Part shown: one piece after another, positions 59,601 through 64,000 of the stretch
How positions within the stretch are numbered: position 1 is the first letter of the stretch
Layout: each line of letters starts with the position of its first letter
Origin: Lingula anatina
Lineage: Eukaryota > Animalia > Brachiopoda
Reading direction: 5' to 3'
DNA: 64,000 nt
NCBI GenBank assembly: GCA_051362555.1
Contig: CM120640.1
Coordinates: 35,669,967 to 35,733,966, forward strand
The notes under the pieces: model-generated
What the model saw: only the letters and a program-made list of their open reading frames with translations
Told to the model about the DNA's origin: nothing
The model's database searches: none
Translations under genes and position numbers: made by a program

Positions 59601-62577
59601 TTTGCGAACAAATATTCAAACTACTTTCCAATTTGATATTTATTCAAGCTGTCCAAGTTCAAATAAGTACAGCAATGCCTTAGTTTGCATTGACAGTAAT
59701 AAAAAAGTACGCAAAATAAGTAAAAAATAAGCGTCATCAACGTACCCATTGACTCAACGTGTGGGCACAAACTGTGAGATAGTTCCTTGAAAGCCATTGG
59801 AATAAACAAAAAACAAAAAACAGATTTTACATTGCTTCCATTGGTCTCAAGTGTGGCTGCAATCTTTAAATTGGTTCTAGGAAAGGGATTGGTATTCGTG
59901 ATACCAAACTCAAACTTAACAAGTTCTGAAAGTCGGGAGCAATGATTTGTTTAAACTTACGTTACTGTATAGAAAAAAAAAGAACAGCACAGGTTCGACT
60001 AAAACTCAATCCAACCATCGAGGCTATTGTCTAGGATATAGTCCTGTTACCGAGTTATCAGCCTATATTGACAATACATACACAAGTAGCCATTCGTGAT
60101 TAAAACGTGAACTGAAGCCATCAATGTATGAAATATAAGAATGGTACTAAAATGTTCAGTGATGGTTAACGTATATCAGATCTTTACAAGTTGGTAAACG
60201 TGTACAAAGTAATGGGGTCGAATCATTTAGCTTGTTTCATATAACAACTGTTTTTCCCCAAAATGGAATTACACTGAGAGCACATATACAGGAAATGTCT
60301 CAAAAGATTCCCAAGAACACCGACATTTGCTATATTTTTTGTCAGTTATAGTCAGTAGAAACTCTGATATGTGATAATTTTGTAATTCATTAATTACTCC
60401 TACAAGTGTTTCCAAGAACAAATACTGTATCAATGATATCTCTGTCTCTCGTTTTTTTTTTCTTTTTTGTTGATAGCACGAAACAACGGATGCTCCATCA
60501 ATCAAAGTGAAGAAAAGTGAAATAAAAATAAAGGCGTAAAGTTGAGTAAGCATTATCCAAAATCTACATCCAACAACACTCTGTTTGAATTAGAATCTCA
60601 ATGGGGATCTATCAATCAAAATAAAAAGATGTAGCAATAAAAATAAAAGCATATCTCTATGTAATAACCACCCGGTCTGGGTTACAAACAACTGGCCATT
60701 TAAAAATCGAAACTCGGGTCTTTTTCAAACATATAAAAACATTTCACTCCGTAGGGAAACCTAACGGTAACCATCTTTGATTATACAGATAAACAATTCC
60801 AGAGATTGAAGAGATTATTGGATTTTTATTAATAACGCAAATCTCGTTTAAACGAATTCAGAAATGGGTTGTGATTTGTGCGATGTTTTCGTAACTAAAC
60901 CGACACGTTAGTTGGGATGTAAATATACTGCCAGAGCACAGCATGGCGACGTAGGAGGGTAACGCCTTAATCACACATTTGTAAAAGGTCCAAGGCAGAT
61001 GCACACGTAAGAACCTCCCGCCTATGATACCTTATTTATCCTTCATTATAGAGAAGTGATTGATAACGGCATTAAGTCACTCACTATCAGAAGTCATGTA
61101 ACCAAATTATTCCCCGGAGGACAGAAAAGTCGCGTAGGGCATCCTTAATGCTATGAAGTTGGGGAAGGATTAAAAACCGTTGCCTCAGTCACTGATGTGG
61201 TCTTAAATTAAACACGATTTTGATCCCAGCCCATCTAGTTTGGAGTAAAAAGATTAGACACCTGCGGTGTTACTTGTCCTCATAATGGTCTCGTTATGAT
61301 TACAACCGTGAAATTCAATTTTGCACTGTATAATCGGAAGCGAGGTTTCTGCGTGGAAAGTGATGAGGCATAGCAAGAATCTGCCAGTTTCGTTGCCAGT
61401 GGTTTTTTAGCACAACAGATGTGATCGTATCATTAGCAATAATTTCCTCATCTACATAATTAAATTGATACCAAATGTTGTCATGTCTAATTTGATGAAT
61501 CGGTACAAATCTTTCAAATATCATATCTTTAGACTTGGATAAGGACGCCAAGTTCAATATCGATAATCTATTCTGTGATAACATTATCTCCAAGCTTTCA
61601 AGGTATTGTTGTAATCACAACTTGAGCCACTTCTTATTCCGTGTTGTGGCCTGTTTCTACCGACACCCGTCATCCTTGACACAATCACACCAAAACACTT
61701 TTGAAACAAATGGTCCCAAGAGGCTCTTGTAGAGTGTTTACACAGGTTGATTGGCGGTAACAGATAAACATTTTAATCGAGATCAAATTCCCAATTTTCT
61801 TAGTTTTTAAAAATTGTTAAACTGTTGACCTTGCAATAGCTGATAGCTTAAACATGAAATATCTTTATGGGGTTTCGCTTGTTACAACGCTGTTATTCTA
61901 TAAAAAAAAGTGTTACATGACTAAATACACAATGTATCTGCCCTTAACAATTGCTGCAACAGCAGATCGTGTAGACTGCACGCTTGGTCGAAATAACCGA
62001 GACACAGCGTGGGAGAGCGACTGGAGATAGATACAACCAGTTGACCGTTGATTGAAACGACAAATGAACTGTTTCCAACTGTGCTGTAGAGTAATGTCAT
62101 TACATTCTGTCGTCCCAGTGCTCTCGTGACCCGAAAACACTCAGCATATTACAAGACAACTGACAAGAGAACGCGATATGTTTGATTCCACTAATGAAAC
62201 CAATCGACATAACCGCACGGTGCCAAGGCAGCTTCTTGCTGCGTTTGTGCAGATTGTTTTTCGATTTTGTTTTTTCGAAACGAGTTGCTTATTTTTTCCA
62301 AAATGCAACACTTCCAAGAAAGTGTGAAGCTTATTTCAGTTCAGACTCATAAAATATACAGTTAATTCCACTGTGTGTATTGTTTCGATTGCTTGAAGTA
62401 GTTAAAACCAATATTTCATTAAGGCAACCAATGGCTTTTTATCGTTTTTATATAATATGACAAAGGAAAATCATGTAATTACAATAACGATATTGCGTGT
62501 TAGAAATCACTACTGTACAATTATCCAATAGCTATTATAGCTCCAAGGTGTCTTTATACTAAAGATCGTCTAGAGAT

Positions 62578-62578
<1 letters not shown>

Positions 62579-62611
<33 letters not shown>

Positions 62612-62639
62612 GTTCGTTAACACACACAAGTTCGTTAAT
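62579..62639. repeat. (CA)n microsatellite with a short local duplication
   Basis: CA run, then cacacacaagttcgttaa twice. Confidence 0.85.
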
Positions 62640-64000
62640 TTTGGTTAGGGTTCCAACGTCCAATAACCCGTACTTATGTTTCGGGCTGATGTTTAGTTTA
62701 TATCTAAAGACTGTTGAAAACGTTACGTTTTTGGTCTAAAATCCCACCAGTCCATAAGTCATGTATACATGTTTGTGGGAAATATCTGTTATAATTTTTT
62801 TACAAGTTTGTCCTCTGCAAGCACAATTCGTTATATTTCCCTAAGAAAATATTTCATTGGTAACCCCGAAATCATCCAAGAGGAAAACAGCCTTTCAAAA
62901 ATATATATCATACAAACATTCTCCGTCTCTTTAAGGAAACCTATTGATCGAATGCATTTTCAAAAATGAGCATTTGCTGTGTGTTCATGACATGGGTCGT
63001 TGCACATGAGCGCTTGGTTGTTTTCTCACAAGAAAAGAAAATTATTACAGGTCAGGAACAGCACAACTCATAATCCCAAAATCGTACATGTTTTCCTTCA
63101 GCACCTGCATGCCAGAGTCATTATTTCTACACTAATTTGAAGCTTTCTTCTGAATCGTGGAAAAAAATTCCACTGCCGCTGTGCCAAACATACGGCTTCA
63201 ATTTTGGCATCGGAGAAAAACGTTTACATCATGTTGCATCTGCGTAAATTGCTACCAACGTGAATGCACAGCGGCTGGATAGACACGGCTTTTTTCTTTC
63301 GTTACCCCAGTAGATTTTAAATTTCCCGATGTTATACGTATATTTCTTTGTAATCAACATAAGCAATTACTAGATTTTTTTCAAACAAATTTACAGTATG
63401 TGATAAGAAAGAAGTTTTAGTAAAGAGACATTGAATAGTACGATCACGGGATTTTCAATAGTATTTGCTCAATAGTATTTTCATCCTTTTTGAACAATCA
63501 AATTACTATCGTTGATATCAAAATAGTAATTCTTCTCGGAAAGAAAAATCCTTGGAATACAATGTAACTGAATTCCCAAAAGAACAAAATTCACAAAGTA
63601 ATATATACAGCAGTATCCAGTTAGAATTTTAATTAAGAAATAGCCGGTTAGTACTAAAATTTGACACTAAATAGATTTACAAAACTACACGAACAGTCTC
63701 GCTGGGTACACAACCCACGAATAATAAAAAACAGAAAAAGAAACATTTTAAACCTGAGAAGATCTTCATAAGTTTTCTCCGTGAGCCATTATATAATCTA
63801 CCATGTGTTCGTAAGAAACAATAGTATTTGACAACAAGTGAACCCCACTGTTTACTGCGGCTTTTGGTCTGGCAAAAACAATGAAATAATGTGTGGCGCA
63901 CAAGTCCAACTGTTTCAAGGCTCGGTTTCAAACAGATCAAAACACCATTTCTGGCTTTAAAAGCCAAAATCCAATTTGGCTGCATTACCATGAGTCAATT

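Overview
AT-rich, intron-rich animal genomic DNA, probably a marine invertebrate (taxon is inference). Main contents: (1) an intronless rhodopsin-class orphan GPCR on the minus strand (3739..5319) with degenerate activation motifs. (2) A minus-strand kainate-type ionotropic glutamate receptor gene; 13 coding exons (38616 down to 12037, about 930 codons) could be joined by hand with GT-AG sites and matching phases, but the signal-peptide exon was not found. (3) A 5,829-bp IS3EU-type DDE DNA transposon (32140..37968; TATGG...CCATA ends; 6-bp GTTTCC target duplication) in a receptor intron, carrying a multi-exon but damaged transposase. (4) Many non-autonomous elements (CACTA-like, Kolobok-like, Harbinger-like, hAT-like), a Rex1/Babar LINE 3' fragment, local duplications and microsatellites. 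(5) A probable start-codon exon of a neighbouring gene at the extreme left edge. Most notable: both transposon ends carry the same inward-facing promoter-like module followed by homologous Cys/His-rich reading frames; a 30-nt microexon ([10 protein letters not shown]) duplicates the first strand of the ligand-binding domain; and inverted TE pairs bracket exon blocks of the receptor. All calls were made by eye, without database searches.
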